Source: the human T2T-CHM13v2.0 reference genome, Homo sapiens
Direction: 5' to 3' (one strand)
Length of the DNA: 64,000 nucleotides
Assembly (NCBI RefSeq): GCF_009914755.1
Contig: NC_060932.1
The notes under the pieces were generated by a model that made no database searches, was not told the origin of the DNA, and saw nothing but the letters and a program-made list of their open reading frames with translations. Position 1 is the stretch's first letter. Each line of letters opens with the position of its first letter. Positions 44,555 to 57,964 of this stretch are shown here, piece by piece. The translations under genes were made by a program, and so were the position numbers.

Positions 44555-44969
44555 TGAGGCAGGAGACTGGTAGGTCTTGTTTCCCAGATTGGATAGGAAA
44601 CTGACTGGAGTCAGCAAGTGGTGCCCAAAGCAACCTCTAGTTAACTTCACTGCCCATCATCATAAGACACTCCCACCAACACCATGACAGTTTACCTATG
44701 CCATGGCAACACCCAGAAGTTACTGTCCATTTTCTAAAGATTTCTGAATTGCTCACTCATTAATTCGCATATAATTAAAAGTGGGTATAAATACAGGTAG
44801 CCAACAGCCCAAACACTGCTGCTCTCAGCCCACTGCCTATGGGCTAGCCCTGCTCTGCAAGGAGCAGTCACTGAGCTGTAACACCGCCGCTTTCATAAAA
44901 CCGTCTTCTTCCACCACTGGCTCATCTTGAATTCTTTCCTGAGTGAAGCCAAGAACCTGCCCTGAGTCA
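44555..44969 (+). mobile_element. ERV1 solo LTR, MER41-like (MER4 group)
   Basis: TG...CA ends; near 4-bp TSD cact/tact; signature cataagacactcccacc...gccatggcaac; TATA gggtataaata. Confidence 0.8.
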
Positions 44970-45085
44970 TACTGAATGAACACACAAAACTTATTTATCC
45001 GTCCTCCTGGTGATAGTCATTTACTTTGTTTATGTTCTTTGCTATTTTAATGTTGTTTTCATTTCTCCTTGTCTCATATGCAAAT

Positions 45086-45188
45086 TAGGGTTGACAGATT
45101 TAGCAAATAAAAATACAGGATGCCCAGTTAAATCTGAATTCCAGATAAATCATGAATAATCTTTTTAGTTTCAAATAATACAACCCTA
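45086..45188. mobile_element. MER53-like hAT MITE fragment
   Basis: TIRs tagggttg / caacccta; agcaaataaaaatacaggatgcccagttaaat. Confidence 0.7.
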
Positions 45189-45301
45189 CAAGAGTTTAGA
45201 GAACACAATAAGAAATGTTGTATAAAATGATCCAGCACACACACACATATAGTAATCAAAGATAAAGCTCTCAAAAAATATTAATTGATTTAATTGATAT
45301 A

Positions 45302-45727
45302 TGATATGGTTTGAAAGTCTTTCTCCTCCAAATCTCATGTTGAAATGTGATTCCCAATGTTGGAGGTGGAACCTGGTGGGAGGTGATTGGATTATGAGTG
45401 TGGACCCCTCATGAATGGTTTAGTACCATCTCTTGGTGATAAATGAGTTCTCACTCAATTTGTTCATGAAAGAGCTGGTTGTTTAAAAGTCCGAGACCTC
45501 ACTTCCTTTGCTCTCTTGTTCCCACTCTTGCCATGTGAAATGCTTACTCGTGCTTTGCCTTTTGCCGTAATTGTAAGCTTCCAGAGCACCTCACCAGAAG
45601 CTGAGCAGATGTTGGTGCCATGCTTGTACAACCTGCAGAACTATGAGCCAATTAAACTTCTTTTCTTTATAAAGTACCCAGCCTCATGTATTATTCCTTT
45701 ATAGTAACATAAAAACAGCCTCACACA
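45302..45727 (+). mobile_element. MSTB-like MaLR solo LTR
   Basis: tgatatggtttg...ccaaatctcatgttgaaatgtgat... Confidence 0.85.
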
Positions 45728-45795
45728 ATATTTACTCTACTACTCTTTTCCTACTGAAATCCATTCTATTCTTTCTTTTCCATCTTACTCCCAAT

Positions 45796-46242
45796 GCTAT
45801 GGTTTGAGTGTCCCTGCAGAAACTCATGTTCGACCCTTAATTTCCAGTGCAGCAATGTTGAGAGGTGGGATCTTTAAGAGGTGGCCTAATGGAAGGCTTT
45901 TGGGTCATGAGTGCTCGATCCTCATGGCAGCTTTGTCCCACAGTAGTGAATGAGTTCTTAATCTCTTAAGACTGGATTAATTGTTGAGGAAATTGATTTG
46001 TTCCTGCAGCAGCAGGTTGTTCCTCCTTGTGTTTGGTCTCTTTTAGCATGTGCCTGCTCCCATTTCCACTTTTCTGTCATGTTATGACTCAGCAAAAAAG
46101 CCCTCACCAGAAGCAAGCAGATGTCAGCACCATGCTTTTGGACTTTCCAGCCACCAGAATCATGAGCCAAATTAACTTCTTTTCTTTATAAATTACCCAA
46201 CCTCAGATATTCTGTTATAGCAACACAAAACAGACTAAGACA
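45796..46242 (+). mobile_element. MSTC/MSTD-like MaLR solo LTR
   Basis: tgctatggtttgagtgtccc ... cagactaagaca. Confidence 0.85.
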
Positions 46243-46339
46243 TCATCCCATTCCATTTAAAAAGGACTTTCCTTGTCCCACTGAATTAATTTCTCTACCT
46301 ACTAATATATCCAAGTCCTACAGTTTGTAAAACACTATT

Positions 46340-46930
46340 GCAGAATATATAGCCAGGAAAAGAATTGCTGATTTGTAGATATTGCATTTTCAACTTTACC
46401 AGAATAGCCATATTATTCTCCAGAGTTGTCGTATATTAGTATTTCCAGTGTTCCATAGCCTCATCAACACTTTTTAGTGCTCAAGTGTATAATTTTTAAA
46501 TTTCATGAATGTCAAATGCTGTCTCATTTTGGTTTAAGTATGCATTTTACTGAATATTTGTGAGCTTTAGCATTCTTTTCATATGTGTCCATTATTTGAA
46601 TGTCCTCCTTAGTAAACTATTTACATTCTTCATCCAATTTTTTATTAGGTTGGTTGCCTTTTTCTTATTGAATTTTAATAGTCCATGTTATATTTTGCCT
46701 ACTAATGCACTACACGTTATGTGAATTGCATATGATTTAATTTGTGACTTATCCTTTCATGTTGTGTTTATGGAGATTTTTCCATATACAAATATTTTTA
46801 TTTTAATGTGGTAAAATTTTTTAAATCTTAAAAAAAATCCGTGCTTTTTGCATCATGTTTAAATAAATCTATCCTATCCCAGAGTCATAAAGATATATTT
46901 CTCCTCTATATTTTCTAAGAAGTTTTGACA
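46340..46930 (-). mobile_element. Degraded L1M fragment
   Basis: T-rich sequence resembling the reverse complement of the ORF2 3' region. Confidence 0.6.
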
Positions 46931-47651
46931 TTTGGGGCAGTGATTTTTGCCTGTTTTAATTACTGCTATATTCCAAATGCCTAGAAGAGTATCAGCACAT
47001 ATCAGGCACACAATATTTGTTGAAAGAGTGAAAGGAGAGACATTCTTGTGGGCAGAACAAAGTAAAACTGGAAAGTCAGAAAGGTGAGGGGAACTGGATC
47101 GAGTTCTTTGTTTTGTGCAAGGTGGAGCATTGCAACTGAGGCATATAAAGTTAGGGCCCTCATTGTCCTTAGAAAACTCTCTGGGCCTTAAGAGAAAGGG
47201 TAAACAAGAAAAAATTGTTCAGCTTGACATGTAAAAGGACAATTATTACATTTTATCTAGTATTTAGGTGTTTTATAAGGGAGTAATTTTCAGGTTTTTT
47301 GGCCTACTGTATCACAAGAAATTTACCAATTAATGTTTGAACTACATCAATAGATTTTAGAGGCTTTAATTCATCCCTGCATTCCTGGGGTAAATTGTTC
47401 TTGACAATATTATTAGATTTTTATTTGCTAATATTTTAGTTAGGAGTTTTTGCATTTTATGGTCATAAGTAATACTGGCTTCTAGCCTTCTTCATGGTAT
47501 CCTTGTCCAATACAGGTATATGGACATGTTAGCCTTATAGAATGAGTTAGGAAGTTTTCCAGCACTATCTATGCTTTGGAAATATTAATAGAATACAGAA
47601 TTATGTTTTAAATATTTATAAAACATACTTTAAAACTATCACGGTTGATTA

Positions 47652-47910
47652 TTTTTCTTTTCTTGAGACGTCTTCCTCTGTCACCCAGGCTAGAATGCAG
47701 TGCACAATCATAGCTCATTGCAGCCTTGATCTCTGGGGCTCAAGTGATCTCCCCGACCCAGCCTCCTGAGTAGCTGGGATTACAGGTGCACACCACCATT
47801 CCTGGCTAGCTATGTTGCCCAGACCGGTCTTGAACTCTTGGCTCAAGTGATTCTCCTGCCTTGGCCCCTCAAAATGCAGGGATTACAGGTGTGAACCAGC
47901 ATGCCCAGCC
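47652..47910 (-). mobile_element. AluJ with internal deletion
   Basis: The middle A-rich linker is missing. Confidence 0.85.
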
Positions 47911-49535
47911 AGATGTTTCCTTTTCAGAGATAAATCTTTTGCTGCTTCATTTTTAGCAATTTTCGAGTTGATTTTAGTCATTTATTTATATGTAATAAGA
48001 TGTTAAATGACTCTTTTCCTGTTGTCTCAGATTTTCAGCAGAGCATTTTAAGACCAAGAAATATAGATGCCAGGCTCTCCATGCAGGACATTCCAAGAGA
48101 TTGTGAAACCAACTGTTAAACTGCAGCCCATCACCTACCTTGAGGATTTATAGGTAAAAGTAAGAAAATTCTTCAAGAGAGGTCAGCAGTGAGGATTGCT
48201 CTGATGACCATTGCCAATGTGCTGTGTGCTCCCCAGATACTGGCAGGATGAGGACTATTAAAGTAACTACTCCTGGACCTTGCTATGTGCTCCCTGGCAT
48301 TTGAGTGCATAGCCAAGAGGCCGGCTGGAGCCACTGGAGTGACAGAGAAAAGAGAGGGCTTCATGGGCAGCAGCCTGCACCTCTGGAAGCAGACAGGGCT
48401 CAGCACATCCTCAAGGAAAATCTCTGGTGTTGAGTCAACTTGGGAAGGTTTGAAATTTTGATTGTGGTAATTGTTACACAATGCATACATGTATCAAATC
48501 ATCATATTGTGCACCTTTGATATATTTATGTAGTCTACTTTTTTCTTTTTCCCAAATAAAAGAAGTATTGTGATGAAGCAAATTAGAAAAAAGCCTTAGC
48601 TTGCTTGCAAGACACAATTTCTAAAGCTCTCATCACATTCCACCTTTCAGCAATTGTCACTGATAAGGCACAATACATCCCTGTGTTTGGCCATTATCCA
48701 AAACAAAGTCAGAAAATAGCTGTTGTCTGTCTCAGCTGCAACATAAAATTAGTACAATAATGACACACAAGGACAGGGCTTTGACGCACGAGTGCCTTTA
48801 CCCAGTTGCCTAGAGAGCATCATTTATTAGTTCTTAACTGGTTACTAATTCAAGCAATGTATCTCCCATATTGTTAGGTTTGTTTAATGACTAACCCTAT
48901 GGCTTTCTATATTCTATTAGCCTTTGATATAGCATTAGATAACATTGTTTTATTTTGGCTTTAAACTGATAAAGATGATCTATGTTTAAATCCTTGGACC
49001 CAAGGATGTTATTTCTGGCTCTCATAAGTTTTGTTCCAAACATCAAATTCTCCTTCTGAGATTCTTTATTATCCCTCAGCCCATGTGGGCTTCATAGCAG
49101 TATAGATAATGACATTAATTGGTTTAATTAAATTGACATTGTTCTTTGAACCAATGTAAGAATTGCTTGGTATTTTCCCAAGCAATAGTGGTATGATATG
49201 TCCCCCACTGTTCCCTAGGTTTAGAGCAAAGGCAAAAATGTTCCAGAAGCTGCAGTGACAGAATACCAGGGCTCCCAAACTGAGCTGGTAAAAATCTCCT
49301 GTAGGGTTATCTGAGTAGAAACAGAGAATGTAAATCACTGGAAGAAGTTAAAAAGTGAACATCTTGTTCAAAGAGAAACAGAAATGGATACTTCTGTGGG
49401 TTTAAAAACTAGGCAGATCTCACATCTTTACATACTACAGGACTTTAATATCATACTCTAGAGTATCTTGCTTTGATCAATTCTGTTTTCTATGTGACAT
49501 ACATAGTTAGCATATCACAACTTGTTATAAAATAG

Positions 49536-49857
<322 letters not shown>

Positions 49858-52064
49858 TAAAAACAGTACTTTTCAACCAGTATGAACACACTTCCTTCTT
49901 CCTCTGGTTGTCTGTACTGGGTCCGTGATGTCTATTGATTGGGTACAGGTGTTACATTGGATAACTCAACCCACAACAATAGCTAAGTATTGAAGACTTC
50001 AATACATTTATTGCATTGTGAGCTGTATTTGGGGCTGTGCTGAAATATTTTTACCCCCCATTCTTTCCCAGTCCCAGTCTTCCCCCATCCTGCTTCCATT
50101 CTCACAGCCAGGTCAGAGTTTATTGTCTTCTATATTTTCTAATAAGAAATTCTAGTCCACAGAATTTTTAATGATTATTTGACTGTGGTAAAATGTCCAT
50201 GTATGGTATTCCTATTATACAGCCAAATACAAAGTTGAAAAAGAAGAATTTCTTTTAAAGTCTCCATCTCTTGAAATAGTGGCAGCGAATACTTAATATT
50301 TTGCCTTGTTGATAAAAATATTTATACTCAAATGTTGGACCTCACCCTGTCCACATGACAGTCATCTAGACATTGTCTTAAAGTCCAATGGATAGACACC
50401 AATTATCAATGTTATTTGTTTCAATATATTAATTGCTATTAAATTACTTCAAAAAAGAATTTGAGCACATCTACAGTGGGGTTTGCTCTCTTACAGCTGT
50501 TGTGCCAAACCCCTAGTAATTTTAATAGGGAGGGCACCATGTTCAAGAGGCCAAAGAAGAGATCCAGAGCCAGCAAAATGAGACATGGGGTTTCATTAAG
50601 GGCTTATATACAGGGGAGAGAGTCCAGTGGTATTAGGCTGGACAAGAGGATGGCCTTAATTACAGGAATGGTCCAGTGATGGAGAGCTAGGCAGGAAAAC
50701 TGCATGATCCAGTGGCGGTGGGCTGGGCAGAAAAACCTCAACCACCTGCAAACATCATGCAGTTTATACAGCATTTTCACTTAACATCCTCTCCTTAATG
50801 ACCTCCACCTGGCAACCTATATTTAACCCAGAACTCAGGCCCTCAATCTCCTGTACAGCCTGTGTGCCACAGGACAGGCTGGGGTTTGATGTTTACCATA
50901 GATAAGAAACGAATCTCTGGGTTGGCCATTCCTGGATTCTCCAGCTTGGAACACACATTCAGCTGTGTCTGCCATACAGGGAAGGGTATGCCTAAGTTAT
51001 TGTTTTCAAGTGTGTGTACCCTACAGTCCACCCAGCATACCCTTGAATGGCCCTTACATTCTTATCACAACATTCTTCTGCAGTTTCCCTGGGGCCAAGT
51101 ATGTGGAGTAGCATTGCAGCCAGATGCCGGAGCAGTTACTATAGTAACAAAAGAACAACTAATACAGTAACGATCACGAAGTTCTTCCAGTCGCTTGGGA
51201 GTTGACCTTGGATGAACCATGGCAGGCCCATGGTGGAGGAGAGTGGCAGTTCTCCTCAGGCCCAACAGTCTATTTTGCACTGGAGGAAGGCCACTATCTA
51301 TGCCCAGTCAGCAACGAGGTTTTCTGCACACTATCTATGGGTGGAAGGTGAGATGTTTAGTGGGTATAAGAAAGGACAAGCCATGACATTTAGCAAGACA
51401 CAAGAAGTTGTATCACCACCCCCTGGCAACAGCTTGGTACCTAGTTTACAATACCAAATAGATTGGTCCCCTCTGTGACATGTGGCGGGAGGCCAGAGCA
51501 AGACACTGGCAGCACCACAATGAGAGGATGATTGTCTCCCTATGTGAGGAAGGACCACTATTATTTGTTTCAAGAAATTTTTTAATTTCCTTCTTAATTT
51601 CTTCATTGACCCACTGGTCATTCAAGAGCATATTGTTTAATTTCCATGTGTTTGTGTAGTTTCCAAAATTCCTGTATTGATGTCTAGTTTTATTCCATTG
51701 TGATCAGAGGAGATGCTTGATATTATTTCAATTATTTTGAATATTTTAAGACTTGTTTTGAACCTAACATATGATCAATCCTTGAGAATGATCCATGTGC
51801 TGAGGAAAATAATGTGTATTCTGAAGTCACTGGATGAAATGGTCTGTAAATATCTATTAGGTCCATTTGTACCATACTGCAGATTAAGTCTGAGGTTTGT
51901 GATTTTCTGTCTGGGAGATCTGCCCATTATTGAAAGTGGGGTGTTAAGGTCTCCAGCTATTATTGTACCAGGATCTATTTCTCTCATTAGGTCTAATAAT
52001 ATTTGCTTTATGCATCTGGGTGCTCCATTTTTGGGTGCATGTATATTTAAAATTGTTATATCCT

Positions 52065-52979
52065 TTTAAAACGACCTACAGAATGGGAGAAAATTTTTGC
52101 AGTCTATCCATCTGAGAAAGGTCTAATATCCAGAATTTATAAGGAACTTAAACAAATTTACAAGAAAAAAACAAACAACCCCATCAAAAAGTGAGTGAAG
52201 GATATGAACAGACACTTCTCAAAAGAAGACATTTATGTGGCCAACAAACATATAAAAACCACAATGAGATACCATCTCATGCCAGTTAGAAAGGCAATCA
52301 TTAAAAAGTCAGAAAACAACAGATGCTGGTGAGGCTGAGGAGGAATAGGAACGCTTTTACACTGTTGGTGGGAGTGTAAATTAGTTCAACCATTGTGGAA
52401 GACAGTGTGGCGATTTCTCAAGGATGTAGAACCAGAAATACCATTTGACCCAGCAATCCCATTACTGGGCATATACCCAAAGGATTATAAATCATTCTAC
52501 TATAAAGACACATGCACATATATGTTTACTGCAGCACTATTTACAATAGCAAAGGCTTGGAACCTACGCAAATGGCCATTAATGATAGACTGGATGAAGA
52601 AAATGTGGCACATATACACCATGGAATACTATGCAGCCATGAAAAGGAATGAGTTCATGTCCTTTGCAGGGACACAGATGAAGCTGGAAACCATCATTCT
52701 CAGCAAACTAACACAGGAACAGAAAACCAAACACCACATGTTCTCACTCATAAGTGGGAGTTGGACAATGAGAACACATCGACACAGGGAGGGGAACATC
52801 ACACACATGGGCCTGTTGGTGGGTGAGGGGCAAGGGGAGGGAGAGCATTAGGACAAATACCAAATGCACGCGGGGCTTAAAACCTAGATGACAGGTTGAT
52901 AGCTGCAGCAAACCACCATGGCACATGTATACCTATGTAACAAAGCTGCACGTTCTGCACATGTATCCCAGAACTTAAA
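52065..52979 (+). mobile_element. 5'-truncated L1PA7-like element nested in the older L1
   Basis: ORF2 C-terminus plus 3'UTR; 16-bp TSD aaaattgttatatcct (52049-52064, 52980-52995) at a TT/AAAA site. Confidence 0.92.
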
Positions 52980-53505
52980 AAAATTGTTATATCCTCTTGC
53001 TGAATTGACCCCTTTAACAATATATAATGACTTTCTTTGTCTCTTATAGTTTTTGTCTTGAAATCTATTTTGACTGATACAAGTATAGTGACTCCTGCTC
53101 TTTTTTGGTTTCCATTGGCATGGAATATCCTTTATCACTCCTTTATTTTCAGTCTATTTGTATCTTTATAGGTGAAGTGTATTTCTTGTAGGCAACAGAT
53201 CATTGGGTTTTGTTTTTCATCTATTCAGCTACTCTATGTCTTTTGATTGGAGAGTTCAGTACATTCACATTCATTGTTATTTTTAGTAAGTGAGGACTTA
53301 CACCTACCATTTTGTTATTTGTTTTCTAGTTATTTTGTGGGATTACAGGTGCCCAACACCACTCCCAGCTAATTTTAGATTTGCCCTTTTGTGGCAATTT
53401 TCTAGATCTTGTAGGCATGCTTGATTGTTTTCAAGCTCACTAATTTCTTCTGCTTGATCAATTCTGCTTTTAAGCAGATCTTAATCCTGCTATTAAGAGA
53501 CTCTA

Positions 53506-53757
53506 GGCCAGGCGCTCTAGGCCTGTGACTGTAATCCCAGCACTTTGGGAGGCCGAGGCAGGTGGATCACCTGAGGTCAGGAGTTCAAGACCAGCCTGGC
53601 CAACATGGTGAAACCTCATCTCTACTAAAAAAAAAAAATACAAAAATTTGCCAGGCATGGTGGTGCCTGCTTGTAGTCCCAGCTACTTGGGAGGCTGACA
53701 CAGGAGCATCCCTTGAACCTGGAAGGCAGAGGTTGCAGTGAGTCAAGATCACACCAT
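53506..53757 (+). mobile_element. AluS, 3'-truncated and with a rearranged 5' end
   Basis: Duplicated ctctaggcc at the head; ends without an A tail. Confidence 0.85.
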
Positions 53758-53949
53758 TTGAAAGGACTTGGGTGTTGCGATCTAACACATATTTGCATTA
53801 GGGGGAACCACAAGCCCAGTAATGCTGTGGTTCTTGCAGAATCATAGAGGTATTGCCTTGGTGGTCTTAGGTAAGATGCAGAAGAATTCTCTGGATTACC
53901 AGGCAGAGTCTCTTGTTCTCTTTCCTTACTTTCTCTCAAACAGAGTCAG

Positions 53950-53958
53950 TCTCTCTCT

Positions 53959-54011
<53 letters not shown>
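53950..54011. repeat. (TC)6(TG)25 microsatellite
   Basis: Seen directly. Confidence 0.95.
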
Positions 54012-54014
<3 letters not shown>

Positions 54015-54737
54015 AGCTGCCTGGGTGGGGAGTGGAGTTGGGGGTGGACACAAGCACCCCTGTGGCCACCAATACTGGGACTGCACTGGGTCAGACCTGA
54101 AGCCAGCACAGCACTGGGTCTTGCCCATGGCCTGCCATAACCACTACCTGGGTACCACCTATGTTCACTCAAGGCCCTAGAGCTCTACAATCAGCAAGTG
54201 GTAAAGCCAGCCAGGCTTGTGTCCTTCCCTTCAGGGCAGTGAGTTCTCCCAGGCCTCTGGCAGGTCCAGAGATGCTATCTAAGAGCCAGGGACTGGAATC
54301 AAAAATCTAGGAAGTCTATCTGGTGTTCTATTCTACTATGGCCAAGTTTCTCCTCAAACCATGGGGCACTTTCATGGGAAAGTACTCCCATGGGCCTGTG
54401 GTGGTCGTGGCCATAGAGTGAGGCTTCTCTGCCTGTGGAAAGGGGAGAGAAGAGTGGCAAGGACTCTTCCCACTCAAGGACTCAAATTAAAGGGGAGAGA
54501 AGAGTGGGAAGACTCTCCCCTTTCCACAGGTAGAGAAGCCCCACTCTATGACTACCACCACCATAGTCCCATGGGGAATACTGCCAGTCCACTGTAGATG
54601 TTCACTTAAGGCCCCAAAACTCCTCAGTCAGCTGTGGTACATACTGCCAGGCTTGCAACTCACTTTTCAGAGCAGTGGGCTCCCCTCTGGCCCAGGGCAG
54701 ATCCAGAAATCTGGCAGGTGGTATTGCTTCAGCACTA

Positions 54738-55145
54738 CTACTCACTGTGGGGCTGGTAACTGTACCAATGTCCATTCCACATTCCCTCCACCCCAATCAC
54801 ATGCTTCATTTGGAATTCCCCAGCAGCTGTTTCATGTGGGGTCCTGCCTGATAAGAGAACCATTCCCAAGATGTGTTCTGGGATGGGAGCTATGTATACT
54901 AAAAAGAGTTTGGGCGGCTGTTTCCCAACTTTTAATGCTAGTTCAACCTGCCTGACTTTCACAGCTCCCACTCCATAGCTATCTATTGCTGTTATAGGCA
55001 CTTGGAACCAATGAGTGTTGCCATACACCAGGGTGCATTCAGCTCCAGTATCCACTAGGGCAAACACAGTCTGTTTATTATTAGGTGACCAATATATAGT
55101 TAGCTCTACATGTGACCTCCAGTCCCTGGACACCTTGGCCACCAT
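54738..55145 (-). pseudogene. ERV aspartyl protease remnant
   Basis: HVELTIYWSP...ALVDTGAECTLVYGN (DTG catalytic motif)...IAPIPEHILGM. Confidence 0.88.
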
Positions 55146-55159
55146 TACTCTTATTGGGA

Positions 55160-56330
55160 TTCTGAGGCCTTGACCTTCATACCAGCTAAGTTAAAGGGGT
55201 TGGTGTCTGCCATCCCTCTGTGGGAGGGACAGTGGGCTGAATCTGAGGTTCCTGAGTGAACTGTTGTTGTGGCTTGAGCTTTCATCCCAGTCTAACCAGA
55301 ACAGCATTAGGTTGCTCATCTATTTGCATGGTAGGTGTCCCTGCCACTCATGCCACATTTGTCCACAGACCACCTTAATGGGCCCCTTCACTGTCTCCTT
55401 CCCTTTGGCTCCCTTGTCTTTCATCTTGGCTATCCACACAGCTGCCCGTGCAGTTTCTCTGGTTCCCCTAAGGCAGAGGCTGTTTGGGCTGACTGAGACT
55501 CTGCCTGTCCTACCAGGTCTCTCAGGATAGACACTGGCATGCCCTACCATTGGTAGGTTGCCAACTCTAAGATGGCATCTTTCATGCCGGCAGTGAGAAG
55601 CTCATTGTAGGACATGGGTAATGCTCAGCATAATAGCATGCTTCATCCCTAATTCCCCATGGATGTCCCGCAATTCCTCCACAGTCTGCCACTGCAAAGG
55701 AGACATGGGGACATCTCCCTCATTTGGCCAGGGTGCCCTGCAGCCTGCAACCACCAGCTGAAGGGGATGGCTCGATCTCCATTACCAGCACCGCAGAGGA
55801 GCTGCCTCAGGGATTGGGGGGTTTGTGGTGCATGCCATTTTACTCAAGTTCAGGGAGTATAATATCCTCCGCCCTTGAGTTCATAGAGGAAGACACCCAA
55901 GACCAACTCTGTCACCTTCTGCCTGGGCCTATTTCTCAGCTCTTTCAATTCCACAGCAGTGCTGTCCTCATTGTGCTGTGCTGTCACCCTCCAGGCAGGG
56001 ACAAGTTTTGCGGGTGTGCTCCCTGCAGGCGCAGGGCAGTCAACGGCCCTTCAAACCAGCTACCCGACAAACCAGGGTCTCCATCTCCATTCTGTCTGGC
56101 ACCTCTAATCACAGTTTGCCCTGCAGCTGATGACCCCTCGCCTGCGCTGTGGCTCCACCTCGTGGCTGCTAGGAGTACAGTGAGAAACGCCAGCCACTGG
56201 GGCTGCGACCCTCGGGCATCTGAGCCTTGCTCAGTCAGATGCACCCCCTGCCACAACTCTTCCAGACTCCTCAGCGTTTTCAGGGCGACCCCATCCATCA
56301 AGGAGAGTGGCTATCGGGCTCCACACTGAA
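55160..56330 (-). pseudogene. ERV gag remnant (frameshifted)
   Basis: Lies between the PBS and pro; ERVL-like C-terminal motifs QMW and IDEQPNAVL. Confidence 0.7.
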
Positions 56331-57009
56331 GTGGACGGCTGGCCAGCCTGGATTTCCCCTGAGGATTTCCCCTTCCCCAATCCCATTGTCTTAGTGCTCA
56401 GGGATTTTCTCTGACCTTCTGGCTGCCTCGCCAATTGCTGTGACAAACCCATCTTAACCTCAGGAAGGAAGGCACCAGGTTCAAGAGGCCAGAAAAGAGA
56501 ACCAAGGCCCACAAAAGACACATGGGCTTTTATCAGGAGCTTACATATTAGAGAGAGTCCAGTGGCGGTGGGCTGGACAGGAGAACTGCAACCGCCTACA
56601 AACACCATGTAGTTTTTACAGCATTTTCAATGAACACCCTCTCCTTAATGTCCTCCACCTGGCAACCTTCATTTACCTCAAAACTCAGGCCTCAATCCCC
56701 CGTACAGCTCATCTTCTACAGGACAGGCTGGGGCTCAGATGTTTATCATAGATAAGGAATGACTCTCTGGGTCGGCCACTCCCAGATTTCCTAGTTTGGA
56801 ATCCACATTCAGGTGCATATGCCATACAGGGTCATTCTAAGAGTATATCTAAATTATTACTATCAGGTGTGTTTACCCTAAAACACCTCAGTCTCTTCCC
56901 ACAGATACCTTCCAAGCATGTTATTGGGCATTTTTAATAATTAGAGTCCTTGGCTGGTTCACCACATAGAGGCCACCGTATGATACACATTAAGTCTTTC
57001 GCAAACAGG

Positions 57010-57360
57010 CTAGTTTCCCCTTAACTCCAGGGGACATCCCAAGACTCCCAATGGATGCCTGATATCATGGATAGTTCCCCTAAGGAACTGAGCCCTAGAT
57101 ATACTATGATTTTTTTTGATACAACCAAGATGGCTACTGACCGATAGGAGCGTAGTCCGTACAGTGTAGATACACTGGACAGAGATGATTGGGCTAGATG
57201 CAATGCCTGGAGGTTTTGTCATGCTGCTCAGAACACTGGCAATTAAAAACTTATGAGCTCTTTATTTTTGGAACTTTCTATGTAATATTTTTAGACTGCA
57301 GTTGACTGCAGGTAACTGAAACCACAAAAAGGAAACAGCAGATAAGAGGGGCACTACTGT
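57010..57360. mobile_element. MER44/Tigger7-like DNA transposon MITE
   Basis: Ends gttgactgcaggtaactgaaacc...gataagaggggcactactg(ta). Confidence 0.75.
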
Positions 57361-57964
57361 ATAAGGGTTTCTTAGATAGGTATAAGTCATGCCACTTATC
57401 AATAGAGGGGAGAGTCTCCCATTCTAAATACTACACATGGAACTCCAGCCGTGAAGAGTAGTTACTATCACCAAGGACAAACATACTGGAAAAAGAAAAT
57501 CATATTAAAGGATCAACTTTAAATGATTACAGAATCTTAAATTATATTTGCCACACATCCTTTAGTCTACATATTCAGTATTACTCAGCCATTAGGTTTT
57601 CAATTTTGGGCTCAGTTCCTAGATAGTTCATTTGGACAAAGTGTATTTTCTTTTTTTACCTAAATCTTTTTGGCACACAATAAAGTTGTAAGTTCTTATT
57701 CTGGCTTATTCAGTAGATTATTACCAAGTTGTTCCCTCAGTTTATGTAAATAAAAACTTATAAGGACTAAGCAAATGAATAAAAAGTTTGATTCTAATTC
57801 AAATAATAAATGAGAAAAATCAAGTTCATTGATTTTGTTAAAAATGATTTGTAACCATCAATATTCGGTATATATCTTGTTTTAATATTTAATATGATAT
57901 AGGAAAAATAAGATAGTTAATTTAGAATTCTTGTTCCTACTTCCTCTTTATCCAAGAGTTATTT

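Larger units (their letters stand above)
51557..54715 (-). mobile_element. Fragmented older L1 (5'UTR, ORF1 remnants and endonuclease region) nested in the ERV
   Basis: EN-region peptides TIIAGDLNTPLS and [22 protein letters not shown]; 5'UTR-like sequence at 53760-54715. Confidence 0.8.
50498..56882 (-). mobile_element. ERV-L-class provirus with two LTRs (LTR47-like): 3' LTR 50498-51025, 5' LTR 56436-56882
   Basis: Homologous direct LTRs; 5-bp TSD acagc/acacc; PBS at 56416-56433; PPT-like gggtggac before the 3' LTR; gag remnant (QMW...QIDEQPNAVL); protease motif. Confidence 0.9.

Noticed and set aside
55724-56329. 201-aa plus-strand ORF
   Set aside because: Antisense to the GC-rich ERV gag remnant, with a non-ATG start and no recognisable domain.
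56416-56433. tRNA gene
   Set aside because: Only an 18-nt 3'-end match including CCA, next to an LTR; it is a primer binding site.
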